DNA of 64,000 nt, taken from assembly GCA_950097015.1 (NCBI GenBank), contig CATNEN010000034.1, forward strand, positions 5,022,001 to 5,086,000, given 5' to 3'. Shown in pieces: positions 11,369-24,453 of this stretch. This DNA is from Macrostomum hystrix. Its lineage: Eukaryota > Animalia > Platyhelminthes. A program made the position numbers and the translations under genes. The notes under the pieces were generated by a model. The model was not told where the DNA came from, made no database searches, and saw nothing but the letters and a program-made list of their open reading frames with translations. Numbering within the stretch: position 1 is the first letter of the stretch; the number at the start of each line of letters is the position of its first letter.

Positions 11369-12677
11369 GGAGTGACAATGAAGGCAAGAGTGAAATGGAG
11401 ATCAGAGTGACAGAGGGGTCTGCATGACAACAACAGTGACATAAAGTGACAGCAATGAATGCTTAACCGGTCAGATAAATTTTCCATTTGCATGGACCGA
11501 AGGGACTACAGAGTTAGGGACAAATTGAGCTTTATCCGAGTCGTCTAATTATCTACTCCCAGATGGAATTGAGCACTCTCCAAGTTGTAAGCAGGATGAG
11601 AATGCAAGCAGCTCATTTTCTGCATTTCCATATTTGGCTATCAGGAAAACTTCAGCTTGAATTTTTTTCGGAGGGACAATTGGGATTCTCTCCCAAAAAA
11701 TCTCTCTCTTGACCAACCACCGTCCCCGAAAAAGGTTGATCGAACATGGCGCAATGAAGTTAGTCAAACATTGGACTTCAGTCCTCGGATCTGGCCCATT
11801 GAGCCGCATCATGCGAGAACATTAAAAACTGCTGCAGTTTTGGATTAAGGAATTTGTTTACTTTCTTTGAAGACAACAACAGAATTTCTATTCTTCCTAG
11901 TACTTTTCCCACCAATAATAAATTAAAATAGAATAGAAATAACATAAGCATATGCTTCCATAGGCTGTGTACAACTGTTCAGTCCATGGACTGAGAAGCC
12001 GCCACAGCCACACAAATGTCTACCTACCAACAGTTGAAATCCACAAATTTTTAGCACTAAAAACACGTGTCGCCTTTATCATTTCCATAGTATCTCATGT
12101 TACTTTGCGCACTAATTGAACTTCTGCTGTTCCATTCTGATTTAGTCCGCAGACAATCGTTCGATTTTCCCTTCAATTAAATCTAATCCCAGTGTGGACT
12201 CCAGGCCAGGCTGTGCCCCATCAATTTGGGGATTTCGCGGTAGGATTATTTTGCATTCGATAAAACTCCCAAATCAATTTGCAATGCCGTGCTGAAATTT
12301 ACGCTTAGTTGAAGACTAAATAGAATCTAAATCAGACACTCGGTAGTCCGAAATTCTCTTTGATAATCTGAAAGCTTTTAAATAATTGAGTAAAAGAAAA
12401 AGAGCTTAGTTGAATAAATGTTTCACTTTCCTGACTTTTGTCCATTGCCAGCCATTTAAGTTCTTAATCCTAAACACTTTGTAGAAGTAGTAAAGTACTG
12501 CTGCTTCTTACCTGTATTAAATATTTCCTCTTGAGAAATAAACTCCTTCAAAACGAAATTCGCCGGCTTTGTCTGTGATAAGGACAACAGGGCAGGGAAT
12601 TGGGGCTAGAATGATCAGAGTCCACTTTTGTAGAGAAAAATATGAACGGCCCCTGATTGGATAAGCGGCTCAGCCAA

Positions 12678-12855
12678 TGACTGACTGACTGACTGACTGA
12701 CTGACTGACTGACTGACTGACTGACTGACTGACTGACTGACTGACTGACTGACTGACTGACTGACTGACTGACTGACTGACTGACTGACTGACTGACTGA
12801 CTGACTGACTGACTGACTGACTGACTGACTGACTGACTGACTGACTGAATGACTG
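12678..12855. repeat. (GACT)n microsatellite
   Basis: Direct reading. Confidence 0.98.
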
Positions 12856-13436
12856 GCTATATACGAGTATTTATAGTAAGAATTATAGTCAGAATAAATG
12901 TTTTGTTCACCCTGAACTCACCTGAGCTCAATGTAATTAATCCTAATGATAGCTAGCCCAATGCGTGGGCGGTTATCAGTGGGTGTAACACTGGGCTAGA
13001 TAGGAATTCATCTTTGCGAAGACCTTCACCCGTTCCAGGAAGCTCTGCGCAGCTATCTGTCTCGGCTTCTGCTCTCATATTTACTTGGATATTCTGTGAC
13101 TACGCTAACAGACTTTACCCGACTCGTTGATGACGTCACTTAACAAGCAACTTCCCAGACTCTCCTACACTCTCGCACGAGAGTCCGAGAGTCCTTCAAC
13201 TTAGATCTGACTCGCTGATTAAACAAATTTTTAATTGAAGCCACCAAGTGGTGCACTTCTGCCGCTATCATAGGTTGCGCGTCCGTCAGCGTAGAAATCA
13301 CTTATTTATCTACTAAATTTGTACTGTCACAATTTAATTAAGTTCGTGATTTAGCTTACCTTCTACTGAAGATTTATGATACTTACCAAAGGCGAATTTG
13401 CAGCTAGATTTCACTAAACCATCACAAGTCTCCCTA

Positions 13437-14292
13437 TCACCCTTGAAGATGACCTTTCTCTCTCTCCTTATCACCCTTAAACATGGCCTTTCTCTATCTC
13501 TCTCCTTATCACCCTCAAAGATGGCCTTTCTCTATCTCTCTCTCTCCTTATCGCCCCTAAATATGGCGTTTCCCTTTCTCTCCTTAACACCCTTAAATAT
13601 AGCCTTTCTCTCTCTCTCCTTATCACTCTTAAACATGGCCTCTCTCACTCTCTCCTTAACACTCTTAAACATGGCCTCTCTCACTCTCTCCTTAACACTC
13701 TTAAACATGGCCTCTCTCACTCTCTCATTAACACTCTTAAACATGGCCTTTCTCTCTCTCTCTCCTTATCACTCTTAAACATGGCCTTTCTCTCTCTCCT
13801 TATCACCCTCAAAGATGGCCTTTCTCTCTCTCCTTATCACCCTCAAAGATGGCCTTTCTCTCTCTCCATATCACCCTCAAAGATGGCCTTTCTCTCTCTC
13901 CTTATCACCCTCAAAGATGGCCTTTCTCTCTCTCCTTATCACCCTCAAAGGTGGCCTTTCTCTCTCTCCTTATCACCCTCAAAGATGGCCTTTCTCTCTC
14001 TCCTTATCACCCTCAAAGATGGCCTTTCTCTCTCTCCTTATCACCCTCAAAGGTGGCCTTTCTCTCTCTCCTTATCACCCTCAAAGATGGCCTTTCTCTC
14101 TCTCCTTATCACCCTCAAAGATGGCCTTTCTCTCTCTCCTTATCACCCTCAAAGGTGGCCTTTCTCTCTCTCCTTTTCACCCTCAAAGGTGGCCTTTCTC
14201 TCTCCTTATCACCCTCAAAGATGGCCTTTCTCTCTCCTTATCACCCTCAAAGATGGCCTTTCTCTCTCCTTATCACCCTCAAAGATGGCCTT
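13437..14292. repeat. ~32-36-bp minisatellite ATGGCCTT(TC)nCTTATCACCCTCAAAG
   Basis: Tandem array with variable internal (TC)n. Confidence 0.95.
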
Positions 14293-14869
14293 TTTTACTC
14301 TCTCTTTGAAGAAAATGTTTTTTTGGTCATTACATAAGATCCGACAGCACACTTTAAGCCTATTTTTTGTAGCTCCCATTCGTATTGATATTCATATTTT
14401 TTGTTATAGCTAACTATGTTTTAATAATAAAATGAACTCATCAGCATGTACTTTAAGAGAATCAGCTTTAAAGGCAAATCAACTGACCTAGATTCTTCAC
14501 AAGCCTGATTTTGTGCTTTGTGCAATGTAGCATAGGCTATTAATAAAAATCTTGTTTTTATCAGATGCCTCCAGCTAATCAGCATCTTATCGAACACACT
14601 TACCATGTAAACTTCAGTGTAAAAAATCCCTTAGTAGAAAAAATTGGGACATTTTTTTACCGTAAGGCAAGGCAGACTACGAGGTTAACGGTAATTCTCG
14701 TGAGGTCAAATCCATGATAACTGGATACAAGATAATGAGGGTTTCACCTGTCAGTCATAGAACGAACATTTAGATTTAAATGTACAGTGCCAAGGGTGGA
14801 TTTATTGATGCAGAACTGAACACTAAATTAGAAAATTCCTAAGGTATGAATAAAGAACTATGAACTATG

Positions 14870-16380
14870 AAGTGAATTATGAACACTGAAGAATGAAGCA
14901 TGAACACTGAATGAGTAATGAACACTGATTAATGAGTAATAAACACTGATTAATGAGTAATGAACACTGATTAATGAGTAATGAACATTGAAGAATGAGT
15001 AATGAACATTGAAGAATGAGTAATGAACACTGAAGAATAAGTAATGAACACTGAAGAATAAGTAATGAACACTGATTAATGAGTAATGAACACTGATTAA
15101 TGAGTAATAAACACTGATTAATGAGTAATGAACACTGATTAATGAGTAATGAACATTGAAGAATGAGTAATGAACATTGAAGAATGAGTAATGAACACTG
15201 AAGAATAAGTAATGAACACTGAAGAATAAGTAATGAACACTGATTAATGAGTAATGAACACTGATTAATGAGTAATGAGCACTGATTAATGAGTAATGAA
15301 CACTGATTAATGAGTAATGAACATTGAAGAATGAGTAATGAACATTGAAGAATGAGTAATGAACACTGAAGAATAAGTAATGAACACTGAAGAATAAGTA
15401 ATGAACACTGAAGAATAAGTAATGAACACTGAAGAATAAGTAATGAACACTGATTAATGAGTAATGAACACTGAAGAATGAAGCATGAACACTGAATGAG
15501 TAATGAACACTGATTAATGAATAATGAACACTGATTAATGAGTAATGAACACTGAAGAATGAGTAATGAACACTGATTAATGAATAATGAACACTGATTA
15601 ATGAGTAATGAACACTGATTAATGAGTAATGAACACTGATTAATGAGTAATGAACACTGATTAATGAGTAATGAACACTGAATGAGTAATGAACACTGAT
15701 TAATGAGTAATGAACACTGATTAATGAGTAATGAACACTGATTAATGAGTAATGAACATTGAAGAATGAGTAATGAACATTGAAGAATGAGTAATGAACA
15801 TTGAAGAATGAGTAATGAACACTGAATGAGTAATGAACACTGAATGAGTAATGAACACTGATTAATGAGTAATGAACACTGATTAATGAGTAATGAACAC
15901 TGATTAATGAGTAATGAACACTGAATGAGTAATGAACACTGATTAATGAGTAATGAACATTGAAGAATGAGTAATGAACACTGAAGAATGAGTAATGAAC
16001 ATTGAAGAATGAGTAATGAACACTGAAGAATAAGTAATGAACACTGAAGAATAAGTAATGAACACTGAAGAATAAGTAATGAACACTGAAGAATGAGTAA
16101 TGAACACTGAAGAATAAGTAATGAACACTGATTAATGAGTAATGAACACTGAAGAATGAAGCATGAACACTGAATGAATAATGAACACTGATTAATGAAT
16201 AATGAACACTGATTAATGAGTAATGAACACTGAAGAATGAGTAATGATCATTGAAGAATGAGTAATGAACACTGAAGAATAAGTAATGAACACTGAAGAA
16301 TAAGTAATGAACATTGATTAATGAGTAATGAACATTGAAGAATGAGTAATGAACACTGATTAATGAGTAATGAACACTGA
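14870..16380. repeat. 21-bp minisatellite GAACACTGA(TT/AG)AATGAGTAAT
   Basis: Tandem array with interspersed variant units. Confidence 0.96.
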
Positions 16381-16389
16381 ATAACGAAC

Positions 16390-16650
16390 AATGAATATTT
16401 AGAATTAACAATGAATAGTTAGAATGAACAATGAATAGTTAGAATGAACAATGAATAGTTAGAATGAACAATGAATAGTTAGAATGAACAATGAATAGTT
16501 AGAATGAACAATGAATAGTTAGAATGAACAATGAATAGTTAGAATGAACAATGAATAGTTAGAATGAACAATGAATAGTTAGAATGAACAATGAATAGTT
16601 AGAATGAACAATGAATAGTTAGAATGAACAATGAATAGTTAGAATGAACA
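16390..16650. repeat. 20-bp minisatellite AATGAATAGTTAGAATGAAC
   Basis: Near-perfect tandem copies abutting the 21-bp array. Confidence 0.95.
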
Positions 16651-17104
16651 CTGAAGAATAAACACTGAACACAAGGCAGTAAACTCAGATTCGCATTGTA
16701 AAAACATTCCATGGTTCACTGGACTGAACCAAATCGATTCACTGCTTTTATAAAACTCCCAAAAAAGAAGTGCCCAGAATGCTAGGGAACTAACCAGACC
16801 TGAAGTGAAAATGAAATGAAAATGAAACAATAGCAATTGTATTTTATTGACCCAAGTGAGCCTTATCAAAGAATAAGTACAAAATCTGGTGGCAAGCGGT
16901 TTGAGCCAATTTACTAAATGCTTCTTATCAACTATAACCTCGTGGACGGTGCAAACCGTAATGCTATAATTAGCTAGGGTCACAAGACACAGAGCTATCA
17001 CCAGGTGTCAGACAACTTTGGTTGTCCTACAGTTAACCTATGCGAAAAGTGATAGCTTCTCCGTTTGCTTAACATTAATTATGTACTGTCGGCCCATTCT
17101 CTAA

Positions 17105-17548
17105 GTAGACTCAATTAAATTCCCTACGTAGACTCAACTCAATTCCCTGAGTAGACTCAACTCAATTCCCTGAGTGGACTCAACTCAATTCCCTGAGTAG
17201 ACTCAACTCAATTACCTGAGTAGACTCAACTCAATTCTCTGAGTAGACTCAACTCAATTCCCTGAGTGGACTCAACTCAATTCTCTGAGTAGACTCAAAT
17301 CAATTCTCTGAGTAGACTCAACTCAATTCTCTGAGTGGACTCAACTCAATTCCCTGAGTAGACTCAACTCAATTCCCTGAGTGGACTCAACTCAATTCCC
17401 TGAGTAGACTCAACTCAATTCCCTGAGTGGACTCAACTCAATTCCCTGAGTAGACTCAACTCAATTCTCTGAGTAGACTCAAATCAATTCTCTGAGTAGA
17501 CTCAACTCAATTCTCTGAGTAGACTCAACTCAATTCTCTGAGTAGACT
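17105..17548. repeat. 23-bp minisatellite GTAGACTCAACTCAATTCCCTGA
   Basis: About 19 tandem copies. Confidence 0.95.
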
Positions 17549-18243
17549 AATATTATTTTCTTGTGTTCAAGAACCGACTAGTTTATCACAAAAATATCGC
17601 AAAATCGTAGTTTATCGTTTTTCTTTTCCTAGAAAATGCAAGTTATCTTCTAAAAATAGCACCCGTTGCGAAAAGTGCTTACTATTTATAAACATCATTT
17701 GCCTAATTTCTTTGCCAAGTTTTTGTCGGGCCCGTTTTACAAGAGGAAATGTTGTTCGGCTTTGAATCAGATGTGGAATGCAGCAGCTAAGGGCCTGCAT
17801 TTTTAATGGCCTTTAGCAAAAGCAATACTAATAAAGCAACAAAAAACTGATCTTGCTTTCTTTCTCAATACCTAAGGAATCTGTGGGCATGCAGGCGATG
17901 ATGGTGCACTATATCAAGCAATCAAGGCTTGAACAGAAAAAATGGCAAGCTTTCGTTTCCCAGAAATGCTCTACTTCGTAAACTACCTCACCGAACCCCC
18001 TGATGCTTTTACAAGACCCCGCTCATCACTTAGCAAGGAAATTCCATTCGCCATATACGAAAAGCATCAGATTGCGGCTGACAGACTATTTCGGGAGTTT
18101 TGCAAGCAGTTGAACTTTAGCTTTGAAGTGCTTTATGGCCTTCTTATAATAGCTTAAAAGACAGTCAGTGGCAGATTGGCCTCAATAATGTATGGCTTAA
18201 AACTACGTGGCGTCTTCCTTAATACTCTCTAGAGTCGATAAAG

Positions 18244-18650
18244 GATCACGTGACCTCAATAATTTTTTATTTTACCCAGCGAAACGATCACCTGACCTAA
18301 TAGTCTAATAGTCTATGGCTTTAGTAAGCGAAGGGATCATGAGACCATAGTAGTCTCAATAGTCTATGGCTTTAGTCCGCGAATTGATCACGTGATAGTT
18401 TAGTTTAGTTTAGTCCGCGAAGTAATCACGAGACCTAAATAGTCTATGGCTTTCGTCCGCGAAGTAATCACGAGACCTAAATAGTCTATGGCTTTCGTCC
18501 GCGAAGTAATCACGAGGCCTAAATAGTCTATGGCTTTCGTCCGCGAAGTAATCACGAGACCTAAATACGTCTATGGCTTTCGTCCGCGAAGTAATCACGA
18601 GACCTAAAAGTGTATGGTTTTAGTGCGCTAGGGATCACGTGATCAAAATA
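18244..18650. repeat. 42-bp tandem repeat GTCCGCGAAGTAATCACGAGACCTAAATAGTCTATGGCTTTC
   Basis: About 5 good copies at 18410-18610 plus degenerate flanks. Confidence 0.88.
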
Positions 18651-19142
18651 GTCTATGGCGGCTTCGATCCACGAAGGGATCAACATGCTCGTATTTATTT
18701 TTAGATTTTTAACAAATATGTTTTTTGCTTTTAAGAATAACAAAGCAACAGTGCCCAGTAACACTTGGAGTAAACAAAGTAGCAAATGTTGCGTGAACTT
18801 TTCTGCATTTTAAGAGGCCAGTGCATATCTGTCAACCTTTTCTCCCATTTGTGTGGCTAGATCCAGGAAGCGAAACTCCGTGTCTCTGGTGGTAAACAGG
18901 CATAAATAGTTTACTACGCTCTTAGGCGAGGGCACAAATCTGTGAAATATTCTCTTCGTCTTGATTGCATATCGATTGGACTCATCCGAAATGATTGGCT
19001 CACGCCTCTCTCCTTGGGGCCTGGCTGCAGTCTATTGCTTCTATGAGTTTTCGGAGCTGCGGTGCGAAGGACAAATTTATTCTGGCACACTATATTTCCC
19101 GCTGTTTTTTTAATGTTCCCAGACCGAGACTGTGTGGCAACT

Positions 19143-20845
19143 ACTCTCCTCCTTTCTGCTACTCTTTCTGCTCTTCTTTCTGCTCTTCCTTCTCCTCTTC
19201 TTTCTGCTCTTCTTTCTCCTCTTCTTTCTGCTCTTCTTTCTCTTCTTCTTTCTGCTCTTCTTTCTCTTCTTCTTTCTGCTCTTCTTTCTGCTCTTCTTTC
19301 TGCTCTTCTTTCTGCTCTTCTTTCTGCTCTTCTTTCTGCTCTTCTTTCTGCTCTTCTTTCTGCTCTTCTTTCTCTTCTTCTTTCTGCTCTTCTTTCTGCT
19401 CTTCTTTCTGCTCTTCTTTCTGTTCTTCTTTCTGCTCTTCTTTCTGTTCTTCTTTCTGCTCTTCTTTATGCTCTTCTTTCTGCTCTTCTTTCTGCTCTTC
19501 TTTCTGCTCTTCTTTCTGCTCTTCTTTCTGCTCTTCTTTCTGCTCTTCTTTCTGTTCTTCTTTCTGCTCTTCTTTCTGCTCTTCTTTCTGCTCTTCTTTC
19601 TGTTCTTCTTTCTGCTCTTCTTTCTGCTCTTCTTTCTGCTCTTCTTTCTGCTCTTCTTTCTGCTCTTCTTTCTCTTCTTCTTTCTCTTCTTCTTTCTGCT
19701 CTTCTTTCTGCTCTTCTTTCTGCTCTTCTTTCTGCTCTTCTTTCTCTTCTTCTTTCTGCTCTTCTTTCTGCTCTTCTTTCTGCTCTTCTTTCTGCTCTTC
19801 TTTCTGCTCTTCTTTCTGCTCTTCTTTCTGCTCTTCTTTCTGCTCTTCTTTCTCTTCTTCTTTCTGCTCTTCTTTCTGCTCTTCTTTCTGCTCTTCTTTC
19901 TGTTCTTCTTTCTGCTCTTCTTTCTGTTCTTCTTTCTGCTCTTCTTTATGCTCTTCTTTCTGCTCTTCTTTCTGCTCTTCTTTCTGCTCTTCTTTCTGCT
20001 CTTCTTTCTGCTCTTCTTTCTGTTCTTCTTTCTGCTCTTCTTTCTGCTCTTCTTTCTGCTCTTCTTTCTGTTCTTCTTTCTGCTCTTCTTTCTGCTCTTC
20101 TTTCTGCTCTTCTTTCTGCTCTTCTTTCTGCTCTTCTTTCTCTTCTTCTTTCTCTTCTTCTTTCTGCTCTTCTTTCTGCTCTTCTTTCTGCTCTTCTTTC
20201 TGCTCTTCTTTCTCTTCTTCTTTCTGCTCTTCTTTCTGCTCTTCTTTCTGCTCTTCTTTCTCTTCTTCTTTCTGCTCTTCTTTCTGCTCTTCTTTCTGTT
20301 CTTCTTTCTGCTCTTCTTTCTGTTCTTCTTTCTGCTCTTCTTTCTGCTCTTCTTTCTGCTCTTCTTTCTGCTCTTCTTTCTGTTCTTCTTTCTGCTCTTC
20401 TTTCTCTTCTTCTTTCTGCTCTTCTTTCTGCTCTTCTTTCTGCTCTTCTTTCTGCTCTTCTTTCTGTTCTTCTTTCTGCTCTTCTTTCTGCTCTTCTTTC
20501 TGCTCTTCTTTCTGCTCTTCTTTCTGCTCTTCTTTCTGCTCTTCTTTCTCTTCTTCTTTCTCTTCTTCTTTCTGCTCTTCTTTCTGCTCTTCTTTCTGTT
20601 CTTCTTTCTGCTCTTCTTTCTGTTCTTCTTTCTGCTCTTCTTCTGCTCTTCTTTCTCTTCTTCTTTCTGTTCTTCTTTCTCCTCTTCTTTCTCCTCTTCT
20701 TTCTCTTCTTCTTTCTCTTCTTCTTTCTCGTCTTGTTTCTGCTCTTCTTTCTCTCCTTTCTCCTCTTTCTGCTCTTCTTTCTGCTCTTGTTTCTCCTCTT
20801 GTTTCTCCTCTTCTTTCTGCTCTTGTTTCTCCCTTTCTACCCTCT
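19143..20845. repeat. 12-bp purine/pyrimidine-skewed minisatellite TTTCTGCTCTTC (EEQK on the - strand)
   Basis: Stop-free unit, which explains five overlapping ORFs of ~600 aa. Includes a 480-bp higher-order duplication (variant TTTATG at ~19466 and ~19946). Confidence 0.96.
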
Positions 20846-21568
20846 CTTCTATTGTCTTCTTTCCCATCTTTCATTCTGAACTTTCTTCTGTCGATTTGTC
20901 TATTTGCGCTCGTCGGAGCCTGAGAAGAATGAGGCCATCCAAATTTCATTGGGAATAATGCCATAAGCCTTCTCGGGTGATATGCACTAGATATTTCGCC
21001 GTAAAGCGGCGACCGATTGGGGTGGATGGTAAAAATACGAGTATTTGAGATGAGATTCGCCTTGGGAAAATATGAGGATAAAATTCCTCTCAGGGATAAT
21101 ATCGATTCGATTGGGGAGCTGAAAGGCCGTGACGATTTCCCCGAGATTCTGGAGCTTGGCTGTAAATTCCAGATGAGAATATTTCCCAATCCACGATAGT
21201 TTTGATCGACTTGTTTCTCTTGGAAACTATTCCGCCTTGTCACCATGGGAATTAAAATGAAGCGTGATTTAAATTTTTAAATTGGTCATAAAATGGGTCA
21301 ATACTTAGTAAACAGAATTTCTGCGGGAAAGTCTCACTGAACATTCTACCTGCAGTTACACAGGTTAAATAAACCTAGAGTCACACTTTTTTGCTTTTTC
21401 TTCGCCCATTCACTCTTTTTAAGGGGGGACAGTGTAATGTGGGCAGGTAAATTACAGAGTCTAGTTTTTGAGCATCTTCTCAACGCGTGTACCGCAAAAA
21501 CTAAAGTTTTTCTGAGGTCTCAACGAGAAGAGAGCTATATAGACACAGAGAAAAGAGATTGGAAGGCA

Positions 21569-22963
21569 ATGCTTCTAACAACTAACACCCCCTCGAGCGA
21601 AATAGCCAACAAAAGACCGTCATCTTGGTCTGCGAGCAGGTAGTATCTACAATATTTTTCTTTCTAGTTTCCCCCGTCCTCTCTCTCTCCCTCTCAGTCT
21701 CGCTCTTTTGATAAAAAGCATCGCATTCACCGTGTTACCTGTCTGCAGGCAAATTCAGTCATTCTCGGCGAGCCACCCGGGGCAACCTCAGATTCAAGCA
21801 GAGAAAAAAGCAATGGCCGCAAAGCCGAACAACCTGGCCCAGACTTATCGGGATATGCACCAAACAAGGAGGGAGCCTCCTATCGAACCTGAATGCGATA
21901 TCGACGACAATCCGTTTCTAAATGCTTTCATCGCGATCGACCAGGACGGCAGCGAGACAATCACGGTCGACGAGCTTAGGGTCTACATGAAGAAGAACAA
22001 CTTTCAGGAGAGCTTCATTAAGGTTTGCGTCAGGGGGGACTGAACTTCGTCATTGAAGAAGTAACCGCATTGAATAATGGAAGAAAAGAAAATGGTAGAG
22101 AGTGAGACTGCGTGGATAGATGTACTTAGATTTCTGCCCTCGCCCTTACATTAGCAAATCAATCAGTCAATCAGAGAGAAGAAAGGGGTAGAAAGGGGGC
22201 ACCTCAAAGGGGGCCAGACAAATGTACGTAGCTCGTATTATTCCGTCCATTGAAGGACCAGCCAGTGAGAGAACGGTACTAAATAGTAGCACCATTAAAT
22301 AACACTCGAAAACTTTTCACGCAGAAATGGCTTACCATGTTCGACCTTGACGGAGATGGCGTCATCAAGCTGGAGGAGTTCTGCGAAGTACTCGGTCTGC
22401 AGACAAAGAGCGCGTGAGTGGGACTTTCAATATGAGAATAAAATATTTTTTCTTTCAAAGTGGTCAAATTTAAACGCATCTGCAAATGCACAAATTTGGC
22501 AAAAACTAATTGAGTTAATCGAGTCAAAAGCTTCGTAGTTATGTCCATAATTGTCTTCTAGCTTTCCTTTATGACTGGAAATTAACTTTCAAGTTAATCG
22601 CAATTATTTCATCGCCTCCTCCTCGTCTTACCTTCCAGTCGGACCTACCGTCGTCAGAGTCTGCTCCGGGCAGGCCTGCCTCCCGACGTCCGGGTCATCC
22701 AGGCCCACATGAGCGAATGGGTCCAGCACCAGGTGGTGCAGATCGTGCGAAATGCGTGCTCAAATTTTAAAGACGAGCGCGATATTGCCAACGACGTGAA
22801 GCAACGCCTGGACCGCGAGTACGGCCGGATGTGGCACGTGATGATAGTGCAGGGCAAGTACTACGCCAGCTACAGCCACGAGCCCGAGATGTGCCTCTTC
22901 TTCAAGTTCGATTCGAGAGTCTTCCTGGTGTGGAAGACACCCGACGGAACGGAGAAGAGCTGA
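21569..22963 (+). CDS. Tegumental-allergen-like (TAL) protein: two EF-hands plus a C-terminal dynein-light-chain-like domain
   Basis: Core exons 21813-22022, 22325-22413 and 22639-22963 (207 aa) have consistent phases. EF loops are DQDGSETITVDE and DLDGDGVIKLEE. The DLC-like part reads DIANDVKQRLDREYGRMWHVMIV...FFKFDSRVFLVWKTP. An optional in-frame upstream exon (21569-21639) splices to 21749. AATAAA at 23014. Confidence 0.9.
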
Positions 22964-23036
22964 GGCGTTGAATCTGCTTCCACAATGTACTTTCTCGTTG
23001 CCGCGTAGTGTACAATAAATTATTTACGCAAGAATG

Positions 23037-23312
23037 AAATCTATTTTTAGAAACACTGTCCAGCAGAACCCATCCGAAATCTATTTTTAGAAACACTGTC
23101 TAGCAGAACCCACCCGAAATCTATTTTTAGAAACACTATCCAGCAGAACCCACCCGAAATCTATTTTTAGAAACACTGTCCAGCAGAACCTATCGAAAAT
23201 CTAATTTTAGAAACACTGTTCAGTATAACTGATTTGAAATCTATTTTTAGAAAAATTCCCAGCAAACCGATCAGAAATCTATTTTTAGAAAAGCACCAGC
23301 GGAACCTATCAG
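23037..23312 (+). repeat. ~42-bp tandem repeat GAAATCTATTTTTAGAAACACTGTCCAGCAGAACC...
   Basis: About 7 copies downstream of the TAL gene; same family as 27038-27135 in inverted orientation. Confidence 0.9.
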
Positions 23313-24453
23313 AAATGATTAAATGATCAGCTAGTTAAAATTTTATTGACATATTTAATCTGCGCTAAATATTTCATGCTAAACAAAAATTTACTTTCAT
23401 TGGCTGAAAAAATCTTTCGAACTATATCGCGGAATGCTTTACAAGTATGTGGATGTAAAATTCGCTTTTTATTGCTAATCAAGTTTAAATTTTTATGTCT
23501 TAGTATAAATTTTGGTCCCTATGACTGGAAGTGGTCTTGCTTAAAGTCATCTATTCAAATTAAAATATTGCTTGGCGCCAAATACACTATTTAGATTGTA
23601 ATAAAAATCTGTGATAAATTAACTACGAGTAAAACAACTATCAAGATATAAAAGCATGTCACTTTCTAGATCCTCAGTTACGATTCTCAGGAATAAAAAA
23701 GGGGTGGACAAGCGACTCAAATGGAGATTTTCGCTATTCACATTCGCTACTTTATTAAAAATAAAAAAGAGGGTGTGATTGAATCTTGCGTCCTGATTAA
23801 AAAAAGCCGATCTCAACAGCTGTCCTTTTTAGACAGAGACAGACAGACTGATATTTCCCTTCTGTCTTATTCGGGTGCTCAAGCACCGTATTAAGCCAGC
23901 ATCTAACACGAGTTTTATTGAGGTAGAAACAGCAGGAAAGCAGCAGACTGTTCGGATTGAGGCAGGTGCCTTGCCGAATTAATTCTGCTAAATAAACTCT
24001 GCGCTCGTGTCCAAGCCATCCTTCTAACTGGGATAATGAAGGAAAAGTCTAGGGAGCCGTGGCTTTTGTACGAAAACAGAAGACAAAAATCTTCGCCTAT
24101 TCAAACTCACCGCCTTATCTCCAGGGGGTAAGACTGGTTGTGCCCGGAAATGGGACTGCCGAACAGCCGACCTCACTAGAGGGTAGGGCAGTACTGCCCC
24201 TTTTTTCGTCCTACTTCGTATACCCGTGCCACAGAGCAGCTCGGAACTCGACTGCTACAACTGCCATGCTTCTAGCGTAGCAGAATCTTTTCAAACCATT
24301 TTTTACAAGAATTGATTAAAACTGGCACGCGATCAACAATTGAACATTCTTTTCTACTGCAACAATAGCCTTAAAGCCAAACCCGAGAATAGAAAAAGAC
24401 TGAAGGACTGCAGACACTCGACATGGGAAGTTGTCTTACAGGTGGCAATTTAA

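Noticed and set aside
10552-11493. DKSDRVSKDQ and antisense hydrophobic repeat ORFs
   Set aside because: A 30-bp unit is open on both strands; no ATG context, signal peptide or splice support.
11549-11812. MMRLNGPD resembling a hAT transposase C-terminus
   Set aside because: Only a few residues match; no upstream dimerisation motif or TIRs.
13131-13138. Perfect CRE TGACGTCA upstream of the GPCR
   Set aside because: One 8-mer is expected about once per 64 kb by chance.
13379-13390. ATACTTACC resembling the U1 snRNA 5' end
   Set aside because: Downstream sequence does not continue as U1; it is simply an antisense splice donor.
17876-18157. Acceptor followed by short ORFs (71 aa)
   Set aside because: Frames are interrupted by stops and no family is recognisable.
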